Source: the human T2T-CHM13v2.0 reference genome, Homo sapiens
Assembly (NCBI RefSeq): GCF_009914755.1
Contig: NC_060926.1
Length of the DNA: 64,000 nt
Direction: 5' to 3' (one strand)
The notes under the pieces were generated by a model. The model worked only from the letters and a program-made list of their open reading frames with translations, did not search any database and was not told the DNA's origin. Numbering within the stretch: the first letter of the stretch is position 1; every line of letters begins with the position of its first letter. Shown piece by piece: positions 1-11,677 of the stretch. A program made the position numbers and the translations under genes.

Positions 1-104
1 TTGGTCTCATCTGTGGGGCCTAGGGCAGGAGCTCAGTCCAAACCAATGGCCTCCAGTAAATCCTATTTAAGCCCACCTGCCCCACCTCCAAGCCACGCCA
101 TCTC

Positions 105-196
105 AAGCAGTGTGAAGGCCAGAGGTTCTTCACGTCCACTTTGAGCTACAAAAACAGCCAGCCAGGCTCTGAAACCCCAACTTGGAGGGGCCCAAC
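105..196. repeat. Left arm of a 92-bp inverted repeat
   Basis: Reverse complement of 996-1087, with about 8 substitutions and no indels in a manual alignment. Confidence 0.95.
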
Positions 197-995
197 AAAA
201 CTCTTGGATGTGGGACCATCTCCCTCTGTCACAGATGGAAGGGAAAGGAGAAGAGGGCCATTGTGTTGATCAGAGCCAGCTGCTAGAAGACTCACTGGGA
301 CTCTGAGAAGTCGGCAGCGGAGCCCCACCCAGCCACACATTAGTATTAAGCACTGGAGAAGAATGAGCTAGACTCATTCAAGGTTTGGGGATGTTTTGCT
401 CCCTCACCCCACCACACCCTCACCCTTTTGGTTTACTCCCAAAGACCCACCTGAGAAAAGGCTGTGGTGGTGGGCTGGCTCTGGGGGACTGCAGCCTGCA
501 GGTGAGAGCAGCCCCCTGCCCAGCACTCCAGCTTCACGTCAGCACACAGAAACTTCCACCCATGAGCCAGGTCACCAAGCCTGCATCATATCTCATGTCC
601 TTAGGCTCTAGCAGTGAGTGACCATGTCTGGACGGCCCCAAACCTAGGGATTCTCCGTCCACCCTACTCAGGGCCTTTCCATAGGGCCCCAGCTCTCAGA
701 AACTTATCAGCTCTGGAAATCCAGGCGGGTGGCAGAGCTAGGGGGAGACCATGGGCTTGTCCCACTCCAAAGCCCACACACCTCTCTCGCAGACAACTGA
801 CAGAAGATGCAGGAAGGAGACCAGAAACTGTTGCTACAATCTAATTCAGTCAGAAGAAAGTGTAGAGACATAAGCAAGCATTGAGTGACTTTATAATCAA
901 CGTCTCACCAAGACATAACTTGAGTTCATAAGAATCCAGGGAAGGACTAGATCAGTGGGTTGAGAGAATCATGAATGGCTTCTGGGCCAACTTGA

Positions 996-1087
996 GTTGG
1001 GCCCCTCCAAGTTGGGGTTTCAGAGCCTGGCTGGGTGTTTTTGTAGCTTAAAATGGACATGAAGCGCCTCTGGCCTTCATGCTGCTT
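996..1087. repeat. Right arm of a 92-bp inverted repeat
   Basis: gttgggcccctccaagttggggtttcagagcctggctggg...gctgctt is the reverse complement of 105-196. Confidence 0.95.
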
Positions 1088-1464
1088 TTTCCTGGTGGCA
1101 AAAGAGGAAGACATGTAAACAAGCCAGTGGCGATGTGGGGGCACCCAGGGTGCAGGGAGAGCATGTTCTCACTCTCCTTCCCCACCTAATGCTCTAGCCC
1201 TAACAACAGGGCCTCCCACTCGTGTCTTCACCAGTCAGGCTGGGACACAGGGTAACAGCAGGGAAGAGCCCACATTCCTGAGCAGGACCTCTGCTTGCGT
1301 CTTTCTTACCCTGACTTGCCATGCACATGCTTGACTCCAACGCTCATCCTTCATTACGGTAAGTGGGCGCTAATAGCAATTGTGCTTGAATTTGCACAGA
1401 TGTGATTGAATCATGCATCAGGGGCTTCCATTCCCCAAAGGCCTTGGGAGATGGACCTCTGCAA

Positions 1465-1625
1465 TTCAGTCCTAATCAACAATGGAGCACCCATCTGTGT
1501 AAAGCACCCTCAGAGGCCCTAGGGGCACAAACACAAACACGATCTCATTCCTGCCCCGGGAGAGTTCACAGGCTGGTAGGGGAGACACAGAAGAACTATG
1601 CACACTGCAATGTGATCAGACAATG
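1465..1625 (-). mobile_element. L2 LINE 3' end fragment
   Basis: Degenerate match to the L2 3' terminus (caacaa..gagcacc..cctgccc..gagttcaca..ggggagac). Confidence 0.5.
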
Positions 1626-2468
1626 TAAAAAGTCTTACTTAACACTACGTTTATCTGAGCAAAATCACTGCTGGCCCCATAAGGACCCAGTCAGAGGCCA
1701 CAGGCAGATGGGGACAGCCAGATTAGGAAAAAGAATCAAGAATTTGTATTTTTCAAGGCAATTGCTAACTCCATTTTAAAGATCAACTTTCATCTGATTA
1801 ATTATCAAAGGAAAGAGAAGACAATAAACCCACTTGAATTTTGTTTAAATACATGGGCTGGCATAAGATTTAATGACACCATTTTCAGAGGAGTATTTAA
1901 AATTATAATTTTCGTTAAAAGAACATTTGCTGAGGTCCCATAAATCTGTCACATGGGTGTGGGATTTTTTGATAAATCAAATCTCCCTTCTGTAGCTCAA
2001 AACTAACACTGGCAATAACTGTCTGATGGCAGCTTTAATAGTAATGTAATGGGGACAGTACATCGAGTCTGTGTTCGGTGTTTTACAGTTAACGGCATTG
2101 CCTGTAGTTAGGAAAGCTGATCAGGAGAAGAGAATGTTTATTATTCCTATAATTGAAAAGAACAAGGCACATTCCATCTTCATTTAAGGGGAATGATCCT
2201 GTTAGGGTATTTATGTGAACCCACAGCCCCATCATCCTTCTCCTTTTTCATTATTCTCAGAACAGCTTGCAGGGACTCAGACCAGAGTCTAGAGAGGCCA
2301 AGTGAAAGCTGAGAGACAAATGCTTGCCCAAGGATCAAGGGCCACAGCTCTGTCTGCTTTGACTACGTGCTGTTTTGTGAAACTCTTCAATTGCTGCTCC
2401 TGCCCAGCCCAGAAAACAGGCCTGGCTGTGATTTATTTGGTTGCTACCTATTCTCCCTGGAAGGAAGG

Positions 2469-2895
2469 TGTATCAGTCAGCTATAGCTGCATAACCAACC
2501 ACTCCAAACTCTGTCACTCAAAACATCATCGCTCATGCATGGTCACTCACAAGATGCTGGTTAGTTGGGAAAGGCCACTGATCTAGGATGGGATTGGCTC
2601 AGCTGTGGGTCTGGCTGGGGTTGACTTCTCCCTGTGGCTTGGTCTCAAATCTAATCCAGGACAGGGACAGCAGCAACCCAAGGTAAAGACCATGTGAAGT
2701 GAAGATGGCAAGAAGACAAACCAAACACCACAAGCACATTTCAAGCCTTTCTCATCCATGAACTGCCAACATTCCATCAGTTAATGCAAGTCCTGTGGCC
2801 AAGGTCAGCATATATCCATGGAGTGGGAAATATATCGTCTCCAGTAGGAGAGAGAGGGAGCCAATGTTTGCTGAATAATAATCTAAATTCCCTCA
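2469..2895 (-). mobile_element. Old MaLR LTR (MLT1J/K/L-like)
   Basis: tgtatcagtcagctat..gctgcataaccaaccactccaaa start, caagcacatttcaagcc and ttgctgaataataatcta motifs typical of reverse-oriented MLT1 LTRs. Confidence 0.65.
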
Positions 2896-4304
2896 GTCTG
2901 CCCTATCACTTCCTGTGCACATGCTAGACACACACATGCCTTTCCCGACGCTCCAGAAGCCTCACGCAATCACAGCGTCAGCCTTGAGGTCCAGGGCTGT
3001 GTGCATACAGCAAGTCCACAGCTCCTCTTTATCCAGAGACCAAGAACCACAACTGTCCAGAGAAATTCAAAACACTACTGGAAAAACACTGTCAGGCCCC
3101 AACAACCTAAGGGCAGGGACTACCCTCTGATCAGGTCCTGGGTCTGCTCCCTGGGGACAGCATCCCTGCCATCACTCTCCACAACTCCTGGGCCCACTCC
3201 AGGGAAGCTCCTTCCTTCTCCAACATCCTCCCCTTCCCGTGTGATGGGGGCAGTGGGGAACATGCACTTCTACAGTAAATCAGGAACCCAGAGATCTGTT
3301 GACATCTTGAACCATCGCCATCTCTTTTAGGCTGGCAGCACTTTTGCCAACAGAGCTCTCTCTCAGACATGAGGATTTTCCATGTGTTTGATCGTGGCTC
3401 CCTCCATATGCCAACAAGCATGCCCACAGCTTCCTTGCGAGGCACACCCTGCTGTCTAGACTGCATTCCAGTACTTGGGCAGCATCGAGCTCAGTGAGAC
3501 CATGCCTTCTGTCTTGCTAGGAGCCCTTCTGTCCCCGGTGAGAACTCTATAAAGTGTCACCTTCATACTTTTAGAATTCTTAACAGAGCTGTGTCTTGCT
3601 CTTGCTCTGGGAGGAGCTAAAGATGAGAAATATTTTTATTTTCTAACCTAGAAAACCCAAGAATTACTGAACTCTCGAATTTCCTTTCAGTTCTGGTTAC
3701 AGACTGGCCATTTCTTTCCTAACTTCACCCCTTCCCCAGGGCAGCTCATCCAGTGCAGGGAACAAGAGGTGACTCCATGAAGATGAGGAAGGCCACACTC
3801 TCTCGCAGAGTTCCTGGCATGGCAGAAAGAGTCACGACACCCAGTGCCGAAAACAGAGGGGCCAGCAAGCTGTGGTGGAAGCAGAGGGGAATGGCACACC
3901 AGCTCAGTGGAGGAGGCTTCTGAGCAGGTGACGCCAACGCGGGCCCTGCAGGGATAAGCGGGAATCAGTCTGGAAGCAGCAGAAGGCATAGCACATGCAA
4001 AGGTGTGGCAGGCGGCCAGGAAAGGCACCGATTCCTAGAGAAGCCATCAACACGTCTGAGCCAATGCAGGATGCGCTGAGCCAGGCCTGTGCTACACAGG
4101 GATGGAGAAGTCAGGCCCTCCCAGGGAGAATACCAGCCAGCTGAGGGGAAAGTGACCAAGATATCCTGCCCCCAGGGCAGGTCACTGCTCCAAGAAGGAA
4201 GGCAAGAGGGCTGAGGGAGCCCAGAAATGGGGAGCTCTCCCGGGAGGTCTCATTGCAGGGGAATCTTGACAGAAGAACAGAAAGAAGCCAAGCAAAGAGG
4301 GCAG

Positions 4305-4630
4305 GAAGGTGTTGGCAGGGCTGGCTCCTCCTGAGGCCTCCCTTCCTGGCTTGAAGATGCCACCTTCTAGCCGTGTCCTCACCTGGTCTTTCCTCTGTGC
4401 ATGCATCCCTGGTGCCTCTGTATACCCAAAAGTCCTCTTCTGCTAAGGACGACAGACATCCTCTTCTTCTAAGGATGACAGACATCTTGGATTAGAGCCC
4501 ACTCATATGACCACATTTTACCTTAATCCCCTCTTTAAAGGCCCTATCTCCAAATACAGTCACATTCTGAGGTCCTGTGGGCTAGGGCTTCCACAGATGA
4601 ATACAGAGGGACACCACTCAGCCTGTAACA
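4305..4630 (-). mobile_element. MLT1B-like MaLR LTR (partial)
   Basis: ctgaggcctcccttcctggcttg..gtgtcctcac..aaaggccctatctccaaatacagtcacattctgagg..cagcctgtaaca. Confidence 0.85.
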
Positions 4631-5812
4631 CAGACAGTGTGGACGTGTTCAAGCAGCAAGAGGGAATGGAGACACAGGGAAAACCACCTCAGAGGACAAG
4701 TCCAAAGACAGGCCACTTACCAGAAATTGGGACCTCCCCTGTGGCTGGCAAATTTTACCGCCATCCATGCTACACACCTAGACTTCCCCCTAGTGCGTGT
4801 CATCTTCTCCTGAGGAGGGAAAACTGTAGGACCCCTCCAGGAGTGGTGATCTTACTGCTGCCCTGGACTGGTCTCTGAATTCCCAGCAGCACAAAGACCC
4901 AAAGCTCTCCAGCTCCCTTCCCTTTCCAGGTGATCTCATAGCCCCGTGGAATTATCCATTTTTAACTTAAATATGAAAAACAATTTTGCCCTTTAGGACA
5001 CATGGGGGACTCTGCTGGGGGACATGGTTGCAAGATTCAGGTCTCCGTGAGGGCTCCTCTGGGCCCTGGAGCCCCCTCCTTCACAGCAAGATGGCACTTA
5101 CCACCCAACAGAGCAGACCCACATGACGCTCTGAGGATGCTGAGCTCAACCCCCTCTCCTGCCTTTGCCTGTACTGTTCCCTCTGACTAGAATGCCCTCC
5201 CCATCCCTTCTTCCCCAACCCAAGTCCTCGTCATCCCCTAGAGATTGGCTGGAATCCCAGTGTCCCCAGAAGACCTCCCAGACCCTGGAAGTCCTCACTG
5301 ATCTCTTGACTGCTTTAGGAAAATCTAGCAGTTGTCAATATTTTGGCCACTGTTTTCTCTAATGGTTTTGGGAGTGTGCATCTTTTCCTTCTGGCTGGCT
5401 TCATCAGCGATGCCCTGTTGCTTACAGTCTAAGGCCTTCCTCCACCTGGACTCAACCTCTCTTCTGGTCTTGTCCCTAGGTCTCCCCTACTTTACCTCCC
5501 TATTCTTACTCTGTAGTATTCACTGTGCCTACCACTCATCTGATTCATCATCAGACAGGAATTGTCTCAATTCTCCAACCTAGAGCCCCCAAGCTCCTGA
5601 ATGTGACATAGGCATGTCATATTCTTCTGGCATTCCCAGTAACATCCAAAACAGGAATTTGTGTTCTCTTCTATGGTTGACTAATATGAGGCCCATTCTT
5701 CCAGAACAGGCATCATGTATTCTCTACTGTTCATAATGGCATGTATTCCCAGAGAGGGCACAGCTAGGGAGAGAAGAGGAAAAGGCACAATCATTTATTA
5801 AATGTTGAAATA

Positions 5813-6190
5813 ACACTGTTGGCACCCCACCCAGATGTCTATTGTAGAGCCCCCACCCCCAGCTGCTATGATGATTAGACTCATAGCTGCGCTGCCCAGA
5901 GGATTGCCCTCCCCTGGGAAGTTACACCTTCCTTCCTTCCTGGGGGCAGGCTGTCAGCTGATTGATAAGAGGTACACAACCTGGGCCCCTTCGCTTTAAA
6001 ATGGGACAGCTCAGTGGTGGCACTCGCACTGCAGACTCCCCGTAGGAACAGGCTGAGGCTGGAGCCATGTCATTGCTTAGTGTCCTCCACCATATCCTGC
6101 TTTGGTGTTTCTCCTGACTTTCCTATGGGTTTCTCCTTAGAGCACACCCTCAAAAGGTTACTGGCATAGTAAGTCCCAATCTGTACTATC
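5813..6190 (+). mobile_element. LTR16-family (ERVL) solo LTR
   Basis: ggcaccccacccagat..cagctgc..ttgccct..actccccgtaggaacaggctgagg..tttctccttagagcac resembles the LTR16 consensus. Confidence 0.7.
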
Positions 6191-7510
6191 AAGGCTGGAA
6201 GGCAATGAGGAAATATCTTCAAATTTTCTTGGGGGAAATACCTATGAACTGGAATCCCATAGCCAGCTAAACTAGCATTTATGAGTGAGGACGAAATAAA
6301 GACAATTTCAGACACCAAATACTGACAGACTCTATGGTTTGAACGTTTTTGTCTCCTCCCAAATTGATGTTGAAACTTAATCCCCAATGCAGCAGTATTG
6401 GGAGGTGTGGCTTTTGGGAGGTAATTGAGGCATAAGGGCTCTGTCCTGATGAATGGGATTGGGTGCCCTTATAAAAGGGTTGATAGAGGGAGTTTACACC
6501 TTTTTGTCTTTTCCATCTCTTCTAATAGGTGAGGACACAGCGTTCCCCCCTCTGGAGATGCTGCAATAAGGCGCCATTTTGGAAGCAGAGAGCAGCCCTC
6601 ACCAGACAACTGAGCCTGCTGGCACTTTGTTCTTGGACTTCCGGCCTTCAGAGGTGTGAGAAATAAATTTCTATTGTTGATAAGTTACCCAGTCTTAGGT
6701 ATTCTGTTATAACCATACAAAATGGACTAAGACACAGACTTGATTAATGCAACACATTGATGGAAAAAAACGACAATAGGATGTCTTTCAGAAGAAAAGT
6801 GACTGGCTTAACAGTGAAGAGTAATAAGCAAATGAGCTGGTAAATACTGACTGACAGTTAAGATATGCAAAATACCTAAACTGATAGGAATTTTTAAAAA
6901 GACAAAACTAAAATAATGAATAAAAAACTAAGATAGGATATGTCTTTTTGTGAGAGGAAGATAGAAAAAGCATCGACCTTAGATTTAGTTAAACAAGTAG
7001 GAAAATATTATAAGTAATCAATAAATGAATTGAAAACTCAATCAAATGAATTTGCAGCAGAACAAAAGGGGAAAGAATATTATTTGCTATACTAGCTAAT
7101 TAAAAGATAGAAAACGTCAATTTTTTTTAAATTTTGAAGACAAAATAAAACACAATTATATACTAAAATATAATGACAAAATGTTGAATATAAACGAATG
7201 ATAAAATATTCCAGGAAAACAATAAACCAAAACTTGGACATAGGTATACTCATATTATATAAAATAGACTTTAAGGCAGAACACATTCTTAAATGAGATA
7301 CGGAGGTTCATTGCATAATGAAAAGGAATAATTCACCAGAAAGAGATACTACTTCTGAGCCTATACACACCACCAACGAAACCCCAAAATATATCAATAA
7401 AATAAATGTTCTTTTAATGAACAAAATTAAAAGAAAAAATTAAGACAGCCACAATTTTTGGAAAGAAATTTTAATACTTCTTTCAAAACTGAGAGCAAAT
7501 AGTCTTGTCC
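6190..7510 (+). mobile_element. Old L1 (L1M) fragment spanning the ORF1 end to the ORF2 endonuclease region, interrupted by an MST LTR
   Basis: A-rich; ccagctaaacta..gaaataaagacaatttcagac (ORF1-like) and aaaatagactttaagg..cataatgaaaaggaataattcaccagaaagagata (endonuclease-like). Confidence 0.65.
6331..6734 (+). mobile_element. MST-family (MSTD-like) solo LTR
   Basis: ctatggtttgaacg..tgttgaaacttaatcccc..aatggactaagaca; 5-bp TSD cagac at 6326-6330 and 6735-6739. Confidence 0.88.
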
Positions 7511-7989
7511 TCTTTGTACAGCCCCACTCATAATTGCAAGAATGGTGCCTTGCTCACACCAGGCATCCAATAATGCACCTCACTAAAAAAAACAAGAAAG
7601 GAATAAACAACCTGTTGAGCCCCAGCCAGAAGGCCACTCTGATCAGGCTCAGAGCTCACACTTGTTGGTCGAGGTCCCTCCAGCCTGAATGAGACAAGCT
7701 GGGCACTGCCAGGCCCCACAACTGGTCCCACATCCCAGCTTCCCCCAGACCTGGCATCTAGGGCCCTGACTATGGCCCAGCCCTGACCCCAATCCCCAAG
7801 ATCTGTCTCTAGAGACAAGAGGGGACTCAGAGTCAACCTCACTTCAAGCCAGTCCTTCTCTTAGGCCTTCACCCTCATAACTGGGCCCCCACCCATGTCT
7901 TGCCCTACTCACTTTCCCATTTAGCTCCTCCACACTATCCTCCGGGCCTGATATCATGCGTGTGGCCTTCTGTTATGAATTAACATTGT

Positions 7990-8100
7990 TATTTATTGAG
8001 CACCTGCCATGAGCCAGCAGAGGACTGGATTCTTTACATACATTATCCCTCTCTGGTTCTTACAAGGAACCTGTGAAGTAAACAGAATATTTAAATGGGG
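7990..8100 (-). mobile_element. MIR fragment
   Basis: tttattgagcacctgccatgagccag..ctttacatacattatc..aacctgtgaagta. Confidence 0.55.
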
Positions 8101-8404
8101 AAAATTATGTGGTCCGCGTCAACCTCAAACCCAATTTCCTAAATGAATCTAATCCATCAACACAATTAAAATAACATGTTAACATGTAAAATGCTGAAAA
8201 TATTGCTTTCTGATCACTAAACAATCAATGATTATTAGCAAGTAATTACATTTTGTCAATAATGAGACATCTCAGTGCCAGCAAAACCTGAGACGTGTTT
8301 GCTTTGTCAACACTCAAGAGAGCTTCAAAAGTCTACAAGACATACTGATAATGTCCCAATTGTATTTGGAATTGAACTCTAAACCTTTTTCTCAGGTGGT
8401 TTGC

Positions 8405-8560
8405 TTTTTTAAGGTACAACTTACATAGAGGGAAGAGCCTAAATGTTCAGTTTTTATATACTATACAGCCATACAAACACCCACATAGCAAGAAAGAGAA
8501 CATCCCCAGCACCTCTGTGAGCTCCCCGTGCCCTTCCCAGTCAATACCCCAAGCCCTCCA
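8405..8560 (-). mobile_element. Old L1 (L1MC/ME) 3' end fragment
   Basis: aggtacaacttacata..gaacatccccagcacc..cccttcccagtcaatacccc. Confidence 0.55.
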
Positions 8561-10847
8561 AGAAGGAAACTTTCAGAAATTGAGGTTTGTCCCCCCAAAA
8601 TTCATATATTAAAACCCTCACTCCAAACGTGGCTGTACAGTCATGCATCTCTTAACAGGAATATGCTCTGAGAAATATGTAGTTAGCAGATTTTGTCATT
8701 ATGCAAGCATTATAGTGTACTCACACAAACCTAGATGGTGCAGCCTACTACACACTGAAGCCATATGCTATAACTTACTGCTCCTAGGCTACAAACCTGT
8801 ACAGCAGGTTGCTGTACTGAATATTATAGGCAATGGTAACACAATGTATTTCTGTATGTAAACATATCTAAACAGGTATGTAAAAGGTATAGTAGAAACA
8901 TTATATTAAAGATAAAAAATGATCCATCTGTCTAGACCACTTACCATGAATGGAGCTTGCAGGACTGGAAGTTGCTGTGGGTGAGTCAGTGAGTGATTGG
9001 TGAGGGATGTGAAGACATTTACTTCACACTACTGGAGGCTTTAGAAACACCACACATGTATGCTACACTGAATTTATTTTTTAAATATTTTCTTTCTTCA
9101 GTAATACATTAACCTTAGCCTACTGTAAATTTTTTACTTTACAGACCTTTTGTTTTTGTTTCTCGTTGATACATATAACTTTACATATTTACATGCATAA
9201 AACATGTAATGATCAAGTCAGGGTATATGGAGTGTCCATCACCTTGAATAGTTATCATTTCTGTCTGTTGGGAACATTTCAAGTCCTCTCTTCTATATAC
9301 TTTAAAATATACAATAAATTATTGCTAACGATAGTCGCCTACTCTGCTATCGAATATTAGAACTTATCTCTTCTATGTATCAGTGTACCCATTAACCAAC
9401 CTCTCTTCATTATCCCCTCCCACACACTCTTCCTGGCCTCTGATATCTACCAATCTATTCTATACTTCCATGAGATCAAATTTTTTAGTTCCCACATATA
9501 AATCAGATCATGTAATATTTGTCTTTTTGTGTCTGCCTTATTTCACTTAATATAATGACCTCCAGTTTCATCCCTGTTGCTGTAAATGACATGATTTCAT
9601 TCTTTTTTATAGCCAAACAGTATTCCATTGTGTATATATACCCCATTTTCTTTATTTATGCATCCCCTGACAAACACTTAGGTTGATTCCATGTCTTTGC
9701 TATTGTAAATAGTGCTGCAATAAATAAATATGCAAGTGCTGGTATCTCTTTAACATTCTTATTTATTTTCCTTTGGATAAATACCCAGTAATGGAATGAC
9801 TGGATTGTATGGGAGTTCAATTTTTTGTTTTTTGATAAATCTCCATACAGTTTTCCATAGTGGCTGTCCTAATTTCTCATTTACATTTCCCCCAATAGGG
9901 TATAAGAGTTCCCTTTTCTTTCTGTGTATTTTTGGTTCTGTTGTCTGTGCTTCTGAGGTCTTAGCCATAAAATCTCTACCTAGACCAATGTCCTAAAGTG
10001 TTTTCCCTAGTTTTTCTTCTTGTAGTTTTATAGTTTTGGGGTCTTATGTTTAAGACTTTAACCCATTTCAAGTTGATTTGTTATATGATAAGAGTAGGAG
10101 TCCAGTTTCATTCTTCTGTATATGGATATCCAATTTTCCCAGCACCAATTATTGAAGAGGCTGTCCTTTCCCTAATGCATGTTCTTGGTGTCTTTGTCAA
10201 AAACCAGTTGGCTGCAAATATGAGGATTTATTTCTGGATTCTTTATTTTGTTCCATTGGTCTATATGTCTGTTTTTATGCCAATATCATGCTGTTTTGGT
10301 TACTATAGCCTTGAAGTATATTTTGAAATCAGGTAATGTGATGCTTCCAGCTTTGATATTTTTGCTCAGGGTTGCTTTGGCTATTTGGGCTTTCTGTAGT
10401 TGTTGTTCCATATAAATTTTAGGACTATTTTTTCTAATTCTGTGAAAAATAATATTGGTAATTTGATAGAGATTGCACTGAATCTAGGTTGCATCAGGCT
10501 GTGGGGTCATTGTAATGACATTAATTCTTCAAAACCATGAGAATGAGATGTGTTTCCATTTGCTTGTATCCTCTTTAATTCCTTTTATCAGCATTTTGTA
10601 GTTTTCCTTGTAGAGATTTTTCACCTCCTTGGTTAAATTTAGTCCTAGGTGTTTTATCTTTCTTGTAGCTATTGTAAATGAGACTGCCTTCTTGACTCCC
10701 TTCTCGGCTAGTTCATTATTGGTATGCAGAAATGTTACTGATTTTTGGAATGTTGATGTTGCATCCTGCAACTTTACTGAATTTATTTATTATATCTAAG
10801 AGTTTTTTATATGGTCAAGGTTTTTCTAGATATAAAATCATATCACT

Positions 10848-11141
10848 GGCTGGGCATGGTGGCTTACACCTGTAATCCTAGCACTTTGGGAGGCCAAGGA
10901 GGGTGGATGACGTCAGGAGTTTGAGACCAGCCTGGCCAACATAATGAAACCTCATCTCTACTAAAAATACAAAAATTAGCTGGGCGTGGTGGTGGGCACC
11001 TGTAATCTCAGCTACTTGGGAGGCTGAGGAGGCAGAATCACTTGAACTGGGAGGTGGAGGTTTCAGTGAGCCAAGATCATGCCACTGCACTCCAGCCTGG
11101 AAACAGAGTGACACTCCATCTCAAGAAAACAAACAAACAAA
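10848..11141 (+). mobile_element. AluS-type SINE
   Basis: Full dimer with an A-rich tail; TSD aaaatcatatca / aaaatcgtatcg. Confidence 0.95.
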
Positions 11142-11677
11142 AAAATCGTATCGTCAGCAAAAAGGGACAATTTGACTTCCACTTTTCCAATTTGGATGCC
11201 CTTTATTTCTTTCTCTTGCCCAAGTGCTCTGGCTAGAACTTCCAGTACTGTGTTGAATCATAATGGTGAATGTGAGCATCCTTATCTTATTCTAGTTCTT
11301 AAAGGAAAGGTATTCAGCTTTTTGTCATTCATTATAATGTTATCTGTGGACTTGTCTTATATGGTCATTATTATGTTGAGGTACATTCATTATATGCCTA
11401 GTTTGTTGAGAGTTTTTATCATGAAGGGATTTTGATTTCATCATTTTTTCTGCATCTATTTGATAATTGTATGGTTTTTGTTCTTCATTCTGTTGATGTG
11501 ATATATCATGTTTATTGATTTGCACATGTCTAATCATCCTTGAATCCTTGGGATAAATGCCACTTAATCATGATGTATTTTTTTAATGTGCTGTTGAATT
11601 TGGTTTGCTAGTATTTTGTTGAGGGTTTTTCCATCTATGTTCAGTAGGAATCTTGGCCTATTGTCTTTTTTGTTGCA

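Noticed and set aside
105-1087. Inverted repeat as TIRs of a DNA transposon
   Set aside because: There is no TSD outside the arms, no recognisable TIR terminus and no transposase remnant; kept only as an unexplained inverted repeat.
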